The translations under genes were made by a program, and so were the position numbers. This document shows, piece after piece, positions 39,736-51,299 of a stretch of 59,138 bases of DNA (position 1 is the first letter of the stretch; every line of letters begins with the position of its first letter). The stretch is taken from NCBI RefSeq assembly GCF_001194135.2, contig NC_068985.1, forward strand, positions 34,115,969 through 34,175,106, read 5' to 3'. The notes beneath the pieces are model-generated. The model searched no databases, had not been told where the DNA came from, and saw only the letters and a list, made by a program, of their open reading frames with translations. Source of the stretch: Octopus bimaculoides. Its lineage: Eukaryota.

Positions 39736-41020
39736 CGTCTTTGTTTGTCCCTCCACCATCACTTGACAATCTATCTTGATATGCTTACATTCCTGCAACT
39801 TAGTAGTTTGGCAAAAGTGTCTGATGGAATAAGTACCAGGCTTCAAAGGGGTCCAGCATAGCCACACTGAAAATGACTGAAACAAGTAAATGTATAAAGT
39901 GTATATATAAATCCAGTAGCTTTAGAGAACTGGAACTACTAATTTGCATCAGATTGGTCTGGAAGGGACTCTTCTCATGGTCTTCAAATCTTCAGGGAGT
40001 GGTGGAACTGACATATGTAACATTCCTTGTGAATAGTTGCATGTCACCAGTTGTATGTGAACTGGTGGTGGAAATCGGTGTGTTGAGAGGGAACTTGTTG
40101 TACCTTCATCTATTTGGAGGCTTTATTCAATATGTAAGTGAATAAAGGCATTCAACAAAAATCAATAAAATGAGTACCTGACCAAGTTCTAGGGTTGATA
40201 TAATTAACAACAACAACAAAGAAAAAGAAATCTTGAAGGCACTGTCTCAGTATGGCTGCTTTTTTATTTGCTTATAAGGTATGATTTCTTACAAATCCAG
40301 ATCAAATATAAGTGATTCAATCAATCTCAGAATACAGTTGCTACTTATTTTATTGACTTCAAAAAATACAAAAAGTATTTTAACTTCAAATATAGAGAAA
40401 CAAGATACTGTACTGCATATTATCCAACACACTGTCATTTTAGCCAATTTTCTGTTCACAATGTGTACTCCTTGATTTCTAACATTACCTGACCTCATAT
40501 ATGTAGAGGAAAGATACAGTTAATAAAATCACTTTATCACTGGCGTTTATTTATTTTACTGATCTCCAAGGTAAGAAATACCAGCATTGTATGTTCATAA
40601 TTTTAACTTTTTACATTGATACACACACTGGCAAAGCTAGAATGTGTGTCACCGGATCCCACAAGAATCACACATCTACTGCAGACCCAAAAGTGCCACC
40701 TGGGGCAGATCACCCCCCTCGCCCCAGCTATGCTAGTGGGTACATGTGAGGGAGGAGTATAGTTGACTTGATTGGCTATGAAATTTACTTCCTTTCTTGA
40801 TCCCATGGGGATGAAAGCAAAGTTGATGCTGTGAGATTTTAACTTGAAATCTGCAAATAAAATGAAATATTGCATGTACATGGTTTCTGCCACTCATTTG
40901 TTGTGTGCCACAGAGTCAGTTGAGCAGGACAAAATGATTTATCTTACTTATGTCTCCTTATGTTCCGAGTTCAAATCCTGTCAAGTTCGATGTTTCATTC
41001 TTTCAGGAGTGATAAAATTA

Positions 41021-42441
41021 TCAGGTCATCCCATAAGTTCTGTCCGATTTTACCTTTTTTAGAATTGAATGAAATTTGATAGTATTTTAGAATGTCTAAT
41101 GGAATTAAAAATTATTTTTATGCATTTGTGTACATTTAAACTAATTAAATATTATTTTACAAAATAATAGAATTAAAATTTCTTTGATTAAAACCCTTTC
41201 TAACATGGAAGTATCCAAAGAGCATTTGAGGCACATAATGCTTTATGAGTACAAAAAAGGAAACTCAGCAACCAAAGCGACTCGAAACATACACTCAGTT
41301 TATGGAAAAGAATGCTTGAATGAAAGAACTTGTAGAAGTTGATANNNNNNNNNNNNNNNNNNNNNNNNNNNNNNNNNNNNNNNNNNNNNNNNNNNNNNNN
41401 NNNNNNNNNNNNNNNNNNNNNNNNNNNNNNNNNNNNNNNNNNNNNNNNNNNNNNNNNNNNNNNNNNNNNNNNNNNNNNNNNNNNNNNNNNNNNNNNNNNN
41501 NNNNNNNNNNNNNNNNNNNNNNNNNNNNNNNNNNNNNNNNNNNNNNNNNNNNNNNNNNNNNNNNNNNNNNNNNNNNNNNNNNNNNNNNNNNNNNNNNNNN
41601 NNNNNNNNNNNNNNNNNNNNNNNNNNNNNNNNNNNNNNNNNNNNNNNNNNNNNNNNNNNNNNNNNNNNNNNNNNNNNNNNNNNNNNNNNNNNNNNNNNNN
41701 NNNNNNNNNNNNNNNNNNNNNNNNNNNNNNNNNNNNNNNNNNNNNNNNNNNNNNNNNNNNNNNNNNNNNNNNNTGGATAGACTTGTGACTGGTGATGGAA
41801 AATGGATCTTCTATCGAAATGTTAAATGTTGTAAACAGTGGCTTGGTAAAAGGGAAAAAGCTCAACCACAACCAAGAAGGGAACTTCATGGGAAAAACGT
41901 TCTTCTCTCTATCTGGTACGATTGCAAAGGAGTAATTCACTTTGAATTGCTATCACCTAATGCAACATTCAATGCTCAAGTCTACTGTCAGCAATTAGAG
42001 CGTTTGAACCAAGTTTTGAAGAAAAAAAGACCCGCTTTAGTGAATCGAAAAGGAGTGATGTTTCATCAGGACAATGCGTGACCCCACACTGCAACGATCA
42101 CATTACAGAAGATCAAAGAGCTTGGTTGGGAAAAAATTCCTCATTCACCTTATTCTCCCGACCTTGCCCCTTTAGATTACCATTTGTTTTGTAGTTTACA
42201 GAATCATTTGAGGGACATAACTTTTGCAAGCCAGGAGGAGGTTGAAACTGACATTTCAGTGTTCTTCGCTTTGAAACCAAAAGAGTTTTACATTGATGGG
42301 ATTAAAAAGCTTGTAAATAAATGGAAGGAAGTCATAGATAATCAGGGAAAGTACATTGATGATTAAATTTCAATGAAATATTACATTTGGTCACTTATTT
42401 TCTTTATTCGAAATTCGGACAGAACTTATGGGATGACCTAA
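41021..42441 (+). mobile_element. mariner (DD34D) transposon, relatively young, with a 429-N assembly gap
   Basis: TIRs tcaggtcatcccataagttctgtccga / tcggacagaacttatgggatgacctaa (1 mismatch in 27), TA flanks. ATG 41205 MEVSKEHLRHIMLYEY, VTGDGKW, HQDNA*PH, YSPDLAPLDY (34-residue spacing), stop TAA about 42364. Confidence 0.93.
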
Positions 42442-44859
42442 TAGTAGCTGTTGATCATTCCCCCAAATTTGCAGCTCCAATATTGGTTAAAAAGGGTAGT
42501 GAGTTGGCAGAAGTGGTGATCTGAATAAATTGCCTTGCAATCTGATTTCTGGGGTCAATAAAATAACATTCTGGGATATTAATTTTATTGGCTGTTTCTT
42601 TTCCCTACAGAATTTGGCCTGTGCTGAGATGAAAACTAATGTATTTTTAGTATGGAATTTTGAGTTTAATGAGAAAGCTAAAATTAATTAAGCAAATATT
42701 TAAAAAAAAAAATTAGTTTTTATATTCCAGAGTTCATTTGAATGATTAAAAAAGAAAATGAAAAAAGTAAAGCAAATCAGACACTAGAAAAGTAAATTCT
42801 TTGCATTAATTTTATGTGGCAATAAATAGATTTTAATGCATACCAAGTGGCTGAGTTTATTGAAAGGACGAAAGTCTGAATTATTGTCCTGAGGGTGATA
42901 ACATTCCAGCATTTCTTTGGTTTTCTTTTTACTATGTTCTTTATTTCCTTCCCATCTATCTTTCCACCTTTATTTACTTTCAACTCACAACCACTACGTT
43001 GCTTCAGTGACTCACTTTATTTACTTATACATCTTGATACTCTCTCTCTCCACATACAGCTGCCCAAATATTCACCCTCACTCTTTCAGTGTAGCTATGT
43101 AAAGATTGTGGTTTTCTATCGTTTACACTTGTCAATTATTTAGCTATATATTTCTCAATTCGTACTCTCTACTCTTGCTATATATTTCTTTTAATACTTC
43201 TTCATTTGTGTGGCTAGGTTTACATTTACTCAGTTTTCCTCCGCCACTATCTCCTCGTTTACCAATATTCTATCTTCTTATCTTACACCTCTCCTCATCT
43301 AGCTGTCTATGCTCTACATTTACTCATACCTTATATCGCTTTGATCTCTACATTTCTCTTCTGTCCCTCTGATATGGTGCCTTGCGTGATTTATTCTTCG
43401 TTATATCCAATCTAATATGTAGTTTTCTAGTTTTAATACTCTATCCTTGTCTTTATCTTTACTCAGTTCTTCAATTTAGTGATGTATATTCACACACTCC
43501 TCCGATTTACCTTGGTGTATTTACTTTCTATTTCACTTATGTAGCTATTTCTCTACTTATGTAGCGTTTACACCCACACTTTGATGTAACTTTCCTATCT
43601 TTATCCACTCTCTAATTTAACTGAAAACACTATTTCTATACTATTAAAATTTTTGCCTTTTTTAGTTTGCTTCTGCCATAAGTCTGTTTTAACTCTGTCA
43701 TCTTCTGCCTCTTTCCTTTATTAAGCATGTTACGACGCTTTCTCTTAATCAGATCTAGTTATATTTTTTCTGCTTTCCCCCTCTCTTGCCACTTGTCTTA
43801 ACTATTTGAGCAGTCTGCAACTGTAGATCTTCCCTTCTCTTGCACAAATAATTTATCCCTTCCCCCCACCTTACTCACTACTAATGTAGTTCAACCGCTG
43901 TGCTGTCGCTTCCTCTGTTTCTGCTACTACTGTGTTGTTATAGTGTAGCTATTACTAATGTAAATCATTCACTCCTCAGTGGTTCTGAAGCTGATTAATA
44001 CCCGTCCCCTTCCCTTCATATAACGCAAAGTTTTGCGCCCCTCATAATTCTTTCTTCGCTATGGTACTGGACAGTTTTAAAAAACTTCTTAATCTTCATT
44101 TAACAGGGCAGTTTGTCAGCCTTCTTTTCAATCTTCACAGGCCGCTCCTTATATGAAGCCGGTCTGACGGAAGGTCAAACCAAAATGGATTGCTCGATCT
44201 GCTAAAAATAGCAGCCAAATCTATATCAACACACACCCTAGCGTATTCAAGAAGGAAGGATGCGACATTGTCCTAGATATATTGAAAATAAGACGTGATA
44301 GTCATAACTGGAATGTCTTTGGTTGTAAGTTTCCTTAGGATTGACCTGTGGTTAAACAAAGACGACGTTGACGACGGTAGAGATGGTTACTATAGTGACT
44401 AATAGTTGGGGTAGTAGTAGTAGTAGTAGTAGTTAAAACCTTCCTCTTACTATTACTCGATTTATATATTTGCATATTTAACAGCCGTCGGAGAGTTTGT
44501 TTGATAATGTTAACGTTTTAGAATACTGAAAAAAAGAAAAAAAAAGGTACTTTTTGGTTCTCACGCCCTTAAAAAATTAGGTTATCTCCCCCAACTAAAA
44601 AAATTGTATAACCCCTAATAAAACAAATAGAAAAAACGAAAAATCAAAAAGATTAAACGTCTTATTGAATCTGATAATATTTTAATAACAAATCATACAG
44701 AACTGAAAAAGTTAAACATCTTATTGAATCTGATAACATTTTAATAAGAGATCATACCATGCCTATTGAGAGGGCCAAAAGTCAACACTGTGTTTATTGA
44801 CTCAAAAGGAACTAACCCTTTTAATTCAATCTCTTGTTACTACAAACTCAATAGTTTAG

Positions 44860-45060
44860 TGTGGGTGAGATAAGCAAAAAGTACCAAATAATCGCTGACC
44901 AAAACATTCAATTTTTTTCTCTCCGTGTTTTTCTCCTTGTTTTCTCCGTATTCTTTCTGTTGAAGAGCGTAGCTCGAAACGTTAAAGACTCTGTATTCCC
45001 GAGCGTTAAACTAATGCATCCTTTTGTTGTCTACACCACCTGTCCTCGTCTGTTGTTTTT
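44860..45060 (+). mobile_element. Penelope-like pseudo-LTR (solo) containing a hammerhead motif
   Basis: Contains the minimal hammerhead below and runs into a gap followed by (TA)n. PLE pLTRs are known carriers of such motifs; the PLE assignment itself is inference. Confidence 0.55.
44952..44988 (+). ncRNA. Minimal type I hammerhead ribozyme motif (core variant CUGUUGA)
   Basis: TCTTT-CTGTTGA-A-GAGC-gta-GCTC-GAA-ACGT-T-AAAGA: stem I TCTTT/AAAGA, stem II GAGC/GCTC, palindromic loop-less stem III ACGT, GUU cleavage triplet ending at 44983. Confidence 0.7.
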
Positions 45061-45429
45061 NNNNNNNNNNNNNNNNNNNNNNNNNNNNNNNNNNNNNNNN
45101 NNNNNNNNNNNNNNNNNNNNNNNNNNNNNNNNNNNNNNNNNNNNNNNNNNNNNNATATATATAGTGTGAGTTCGTGTCCGTGAATGACGAGTAAAGAAAA
45201 GTTAGTCACATTCTCAGGAGCGCGCTCCAGGGAGACAAAGATGTATTGGATTATTGGTTCATTTCTAAAAACATGGGTTATATATATATAGAAAGGGCAA
45301 GTCACTGAGTAGGTTGCGAATATCGATGAAAGGACTTTGTCTAACAAACAACCGATTGATTGTTTAACCAGCACATTAAACAAACGGTCGATTAGTTATT
45401 TAATCAATTGACTGACAATAAAGAAATGA

Positions 45430-46010
45430 TATTGAACCAGCCTGTCTGTTATTATTAGTGGTATAATGACCCTCCCAAGACAAGATTTGTTTCAACACAC
45501 AAATTCACATCAAGAATCTTGCAAACTAAATGCAAAAACAAAGTAATCAATTATGCAACATTGCATTGTAGATTTTAAGGGGAATAGCCTTAAGTGTGAT
45601 ACCTCTGTAGTTGGTGGTCAGTGATAAGTCTCCTTTCTTAGGAAACGGGAGAATGCAAACCTGGATTGTGCTTTGGTTATACATATTGCAGGATTGTTAA
45701 AAGATTCTCATCTTCCAAATTTATGCAGCACCTCTCCAGACCAGCTACTTTCCTGTTCTTTAATCTCTTCTGTACTACTTCCAACTCCTCTTCAGTGAAT
45801 GGATCTTTCTTGATAGGAAGTTTATTTATGATGATTCTCTGAACTGGAGATTGTTGATGGGAATTCCCTCTAGGAAATTCTTGAAATGATCTCTCCATTT
45901 TTGTAACCTTTCTTCCTGACTTGCTGCCTTTCATTTGGTGATACGGATACATTTTTGATAACTCAAGTGGGAGTACTATTGGGCAATACACTTGCATCCT
46001 TTTTGTTCAT
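45430..46010 (-). mobile_element. RTE-type LINE RT N-terminal fragment
   Basis: KKDPFTEEELEVVQKRLKNRKVAG followed leftwards by decayed ILPVPKKG / NYRGI-like sequence. Confidence 0.65.
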
Positions 46011-46040
46011 CATAATACTAGACTATATTTGGTGCACATA

Positions 46041-46431
46041 CTCTTTACTTACTTGTTTCAGTCATTTGACTGCAGCCATGCTGGAGCATTACCTTTAGTC
46101 GAGGAAATCAAACCCAGGACTTATTCTTTGTAAGCCTAGTACTTATTCTATAGGTCTGTTTTGCTGAACCTCTAAGTTACGGGGACGTAAACACACCAGC
46201 ATTGTTTGTCAAGCAATGTTGGGGCGGAGGGACAAACACACACACATGTATATACATAGACATATATATGACAGGCTTCTTTCAGTTTTCTGTCTACCAA
46301 ATCCACTCACAGGGCTTTGGTTGGCCTGAGGCTATAGTAGAAGACGCTTGCCCATGGTGTCACGCAGTGGGACTGAACCTGGAACCATGTGGTTGGTAAG
46401 CAAGCTACTCACCACACAGCCACTCCTGCAC
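46041..46431 (-). mobile_element. SINE family A (full length, well preserved)
   Basis: Reversed tail ctctttacttacttgtttcag to reversed head accacacagccactcctgcac. Confidence 0.9.
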
Positions 46432-46449
46432 ATCTATTGATCTTTAACA

Positions 46450-46870
46450 GTAACATTGGTTTTACTCTACAGAAAGCAAGAAATAGGAGGTAACCAACCT
46501 GGAAGATCACTAATGCTCATTGTGCAGATGAACTCGATGGGAACAATGCACGTATGTTGTATGCTGTTCTCAACAAATCATGGAAACAATGTCAAATGAA
46601 GGAGAGCTTTATAGAAATATTCCTAGCATATCAATCATTTGGGAGTGGTGGTCAAGATATGCTGGTCACTATTATCAAAGCAAAGATGAGTTAGTGAATG
46701 AGTTCCTTCTGCGGATCTCAAGCCATGGGAATTCTGATGTCAGATGACTCAGAATGACATGCATTAATTAACTCTCTTGCAATGTTGAGTTATAAGTAGA
46801 AGACCTTGAAAATGTTATGAAAGACAGGAATGTTTGGAGAGAGTGGTTTTGATCTGGGCAACCATTCTGA
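46450..46870 (+). mobile_element. RTE-type LINE 3' fragment
   Basis: ELDGNNARMLYAVLNKSWKQ, YAGHYYQSKDELVNEFLL, DLENVMKDRNVWRE (post-RT region of RTE ORF2). Confidence 0.65.
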
Positions 46871-47005
46871 TAGCTAGATATAAGTATTTCAAGTTGTGAT
46901 CTAAACCAATTTTGGGATTACAGTTGCCAAGAAAGAATGTTTGGGATTTACAACAAAAATATCATGATATTCACCTTTCTGGATCTCTTACCCCTTTCTA
47001 TTTAA

Positions 47006-49351
47006 TACTAACAGTATAGCCTGGTGCTGCCCGGGATTAAGCTAGGGTTATTAAGTGATCAAGTGCTTTATTTCAAACCAAAATAAGTAACATCGACATC
47101 AGATTTGAGCGAATTCCGTTGAAATTGGTTTGGTTGAAAATGGTTTGATGGCAATTTGATTGGGAAATCCCATAAGGAATCAGTTTATTGGTTATTTCCA
47201 CTCATTGACTGTTTTTTTAAAAGTTGCATTAAAGATCTGCACAGGAGAAGGTTGATCTGAAGGTTTGCATTGGGGATCTGGATTGGAGTAACTTAGGAAA
47301 ACTTATCAACAGCCTTAACCAAAAAATAAGGGGCCTGTCCCTTCTAGGTTAACTCTAACCCAAACTCTAAAACCCTAACCCTGACCCTAAAACCGTAACC
47401 CCAACACCAACCCTAATCCTAACCATAAAACCCTAACTCTAACCCTAAAACCGTAACCGTAACACCCTAGTGGAAATTGTGCGGGTGTTAATCTGAAAAA
47501 TTACCAAACCCTTTTTGTGGTCCAAAAAACGGGTTGGGGGATGGTGGAAGCCTCGGAAATTTTACCCATTTATATTGTGTAATTCACCGACAAATTGTTA
47601 CATACACCTCTTTGTTTCATTGTTGTTGTGAAATATAAACAAAACTCTTTCACTCCCAAAGTAGTATATGTGCGTGTGTGTGAGAGTGAGAGGGGGGGAG
47701 AAAGATGAACGATTTAAAATAAATAAATGATTTAAAATAAATATATTTTAATTGCTGTGTGAGAAAGTATAGATAATCTCATTATAAAATATAGTGTCTT
47801 TCAAAAACTGCCCTCTCCTACTTTTTCTTTCGTTAGATGCTTTCTGTCTCCCTCTCTCACTTTTTCGTTACTTTTTTTTTTGTTAGACACTGGCAAATAA
47901 ACTCTGTCTTGCTTACAAAAATTTTCTTTCCTTAGACGCTTTCTGTCTCCCTCTCTCACTTTNNNNNNNNNNNNNNNNNNNNNNNNNNNNNNNNNNNNNN
48001 NNNNNNNNNNNNNNNNNNNNNNNNNNNNNNNNNNNNNNNNNNNNNNNNNNNNNNNNNNNNNNNNNNNNNNNNNNNNNNNNNNNNNNNNNNNNNNNNNNNN
48101 NNNNNNNNNNNNNNNNNNNNNNNNNNNNNNNNNNNNNNNNNNNNNNNNNNNNNNNNNNNNNNNNNNNNNNNNNNNNNNNNNNNNNNNNNNNNNNNNNNNN
48201 NNNNNNNNNNNNNNNNNNNNNNNNNNNNNNNNNNNNNNNNNNNNNNNNNNNNNNNNNNNNNNNNNNNNNNNNNNNNNNNNNNNNNNNNNNNNNNNNNNNN
48301 NNNNNNNNNNNNNNNNNNNNNNNNNNNNNNNNNNNNNNNNNNNNNNNNNNNNNNNNNNNNNNNNNNNNNNNNNNNNNNNNNNNNNNNNNNNNNNNNNNNN
48401 NNNNNNNNNNNNNNNNNNNNNNNNNNNNNNNNNNNNNNNNNNNNNNNNNNNNNNNNNNNNNNNNNNNNNNNNNNNNNNNNNNNNNNNNNNNNNNNNNNNN
48501 NNNNNNNNNNNNNNNNNNNNNNNNNNNNNNNNNNNNNNNNNNNNNNNNNNNNNNNNNNNNNNNNNNNNNNNNNNNNNNNNNNNNNNNNNNNNNNNNNNNN
48601 NNNNNNNNNNNNNNNNNNNNNNNNNNNNNNNNNNNNNNNNNNNNNNNNNNNNNNNNNNNNNNNNNNNNNNNNNNNNNNNNNNNNNNNNNNNNNNNNNNNN
48701 NNNNNNNNNNNNNNNNNNNNNNNNNNNNNNNNNNNNNNNNNNNNNNNNNNNNNNNNNNNNNNNNNNNNNNNNNNNNNNNNNNNNNNNNNNNNNNNNNNNN
48801 NNNNNNNNNNNNNNNNNNNNNNNNNNNNNNNNNNNNNNNNNNNNNNNNNNNNNNNNNNNNNNNNNNNNNNNNNNNNNNNNNNNNNNNNNNNNNNNNNNNN
48901 NNNNNNNNNNNNNNNNNNNNNNNNNNNNNNNNNNNNNNNNNNNNTGACATTCTTCATCAACAGAATTTTTATACCTTTCAGCCTTTCAATCAAGTCCGCC
49001 TTTCTTCCAGTAACATACTGTCCATATATTCTTAGATATTTCTTTAACTCAGGCACAGTAAGTACTTCGATAAGTACCATGATAAGACATAAAACAATAA
49101 CAATAGCGTGGATAGTCTGCGGAAGTTTAATTGTCTACATGGAGCGCCGCCTAGCCAAGGGAGATAACCTACTTATAGGAAAGCCCTATACGCAGGTCCC
49201 TCTGAGAGAAAAAAGTTGACGAAAATGCAGATAGGGTCATGACGAATCTCCTAAAATTGGAGCGACGTGCGTGCTAATTTGTGGACGTGCATAAACTACA
49301 TTCACGTACACACACACACACACACACATCTTGCCTTATATATATACGGAT
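47006..49351 (-). mobile_element. Non-autonomous Helitron-like element (about 2.3 kb including a 982-N gap)
   Basis: Minus-strand 5' A|TCCGTATATATATAAGG followed by (TG)n; 3' end CCCGG-gcagca-CCAGG hairpin about 11 nt before TTAG|T (CTAG variant). Internal repeats, telomere-like tract and a SAP ORF. Confidence 0.7.
48945..49080 (-). CDS. SAP-domain ORF start inside the Helitron (runs into gap)
   Basis: MVLIEVLTVPELKKYLRIYGQYVTGRKADLIERLKGIK fits the SAP pattern L.V.ELK..L...G....G.KA.LIERL. Only 45 codons are visible before the Ns. Confidence 0.7.
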
Positions 49352-51191
49352 ATTGACTTTGTAGCTTGTTGAATGATTACTGCTTGTTTTTGACTCTACT
49401 CTTTAAAATGATCTTGGTTTATCAGGTCAACTCTTTCAGTTTAGTATATTATATTTGCTTTTTTGTAAACTGTACTAATTTTATGGCTGCTGCCTTATTT
49501 AATATCTTCTTTCTCTCCTTTGGGTTATCTCCTTTATGTTGCTTAAGTTGGTTGAGATACCTTTCATATAGGCAACATAATTTATAAAGAAGTGATTGTT
49601 TGTAAGAGAGATAACTCTTCTAAAACTTTTCTAAAGCATTTTTCAAATAACAGCAGTCTGCATGAGTATTCATCAACATTTAACTTTAATAGGTTGACAT
49701 CCCCAAATAATGATTACAATCAGTGTGTATTTTTATTTAAGAAAGGTTTTCTTATTTTAATGTTCAAATTTTTAATGATTACAATTCCCATGAATAGCAA
49801 AGTATATTTCTCTACTTAAAAGTAACCTCCCTCCATAATACTTAAATATAATACTGAATATAATCAGTTAACTAAACATTAAATTATGGAGTGATGTCCA
49901 AATACTGTACTAATAAATAATTTTTAACCAAAATTTCCTTTCCATTTGGAGCAAAAAACAAAATTCAAGCAGCAATTCTTAGCAATCCCCAGGGAAGATA
50001 ATTTCAAGAATTTAGAATCAATAAACTCAAGAAATTAATAAACTTGCACATTTAGAGGAAAGTTTGATTTTTGTTTGCAAGCAAACCTGTTTCTGCCTGT
50101 CAGATCTTATCAGCATAATCTCTCCAAATCCATGCCATTGGCTAATTTGAGTTACCTTCCTCAGCTCTTTTGATGTTTTCATTTCTTCCCAACTAAAACT
50201 TGTTTCTCTGCTAGGTTTACTTTATGGTTTCTCAGTTCTAGACTTTGGTTTCCACATGATCATATAACCAACACTATCAAACTCTTGAAATACTTCAATT
50301 AACTAAGAGTATCCATGCAATAAATAAATAAATATTCCAATAAGATTAAATAAAGTATTTGGAAAATAAAAACCACATAGATAGGAGTTAATCTGGTCTT
50401 TAAAGCCAACTAGTGAAAGCAATGAACATGTTTTGGTCATATTAGATCTTAGCAAAGTATATTCTACTTAGCTGGTAGTAATAAATATAAAACTTGTAAG
50501 TAACCAGTATACATGAACACAGAGGGAATGTAGTGACATGCAGCTATGTTGTTATAATAATAGCTTTCCAGTGCTAACTAGCTACTCTCTTAACTCCATT
50601 TACAAAGCTGTCTTCAATTTTAACATTACATGATGCCCTTCATTCAAAGAATTGTTGTTTTGGAATAACTCTTTCTTTAAATTAACCACTAATTTTTCAA
50701 ATTCCAGATGAACCCTGTCAATATTATCTAGCTTTTTCGTTTTTAATTCAAAGCAAATTTAGGGTTGTAGACTTTATCTGTTTACTGGATTAACATGTCC
50801 ATTAAGACATGTTAAGCCAGTCTTGAGTCTACTCCATTGCAAACATTTGGATCAGGTATCCAGTCTGATACCCCCCCCCCCNNNNNNNNNNAGGTATCCA
50901 GTCTGATACCCCCCCCCCAACCATAGAGGCTTTCACTAAGCTATTAAAAAAAAAAGTAAATGAAAATAACAGGATCCCTCCTATATACTATTAGTGATGT
51001 CCTCTCTTCTTAGATGTGATAATAAAAAAAAAATTCAACTTATGTAGCAATAGTATTATTGTTAGTATTTGGACAAGTTGCTGCAATATGTTATGGGAAA
51101 GTATAAGTTTGTTTTGAAAAGGATTTCAGTTTTTCTCCTGGATAATCAAACAGGTGAATATAATGTTTTTGTTTTTAATTTCTGTCACCAG

Positions 51192-51299
51192 GAAACAGGA
51201 CTTGCTTATGACCGTTACTTAAATGAAATTGTTACTGTTTTGGAGGAAGATCCTGCCTTTAAGAAAAAATTAGAAACTTCTGATCTTCAGTATATAAAG
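51192..51299 (+). CDS. NUCB2: Nucleobindin coding exon 2
   Basis: cag|GAAACA...ATAAAG|gtatct, 108 nt, phase 0/0. ETGLAYDRYLNEIVTVLEEDPAFKKKLETSDLQYIK aligns to vertebrate [36 protein letters not shown] (recalled sequence). Confidence 0.95.

Noticed and set aside
41200-49080. Long ORFs of 149-374 aa in the ORF track (41200-42081, 44861-45383, 47913-49080)
   Set aside because: Their length comes from N runs; only the mariner and SAP parts are real.
50857-50918. aggtatccagtctgatacccccccc repeated around a 10-N gap
   Set aside because: Same assembly artefact at a homopolymer.
51069-51191. N-terminal extension MDKLLQYVMGKY... of the ORF containing coding exon 2
   Set aside because: Intronic read-through; homology starts exactly at the cag| acceptor (51192).
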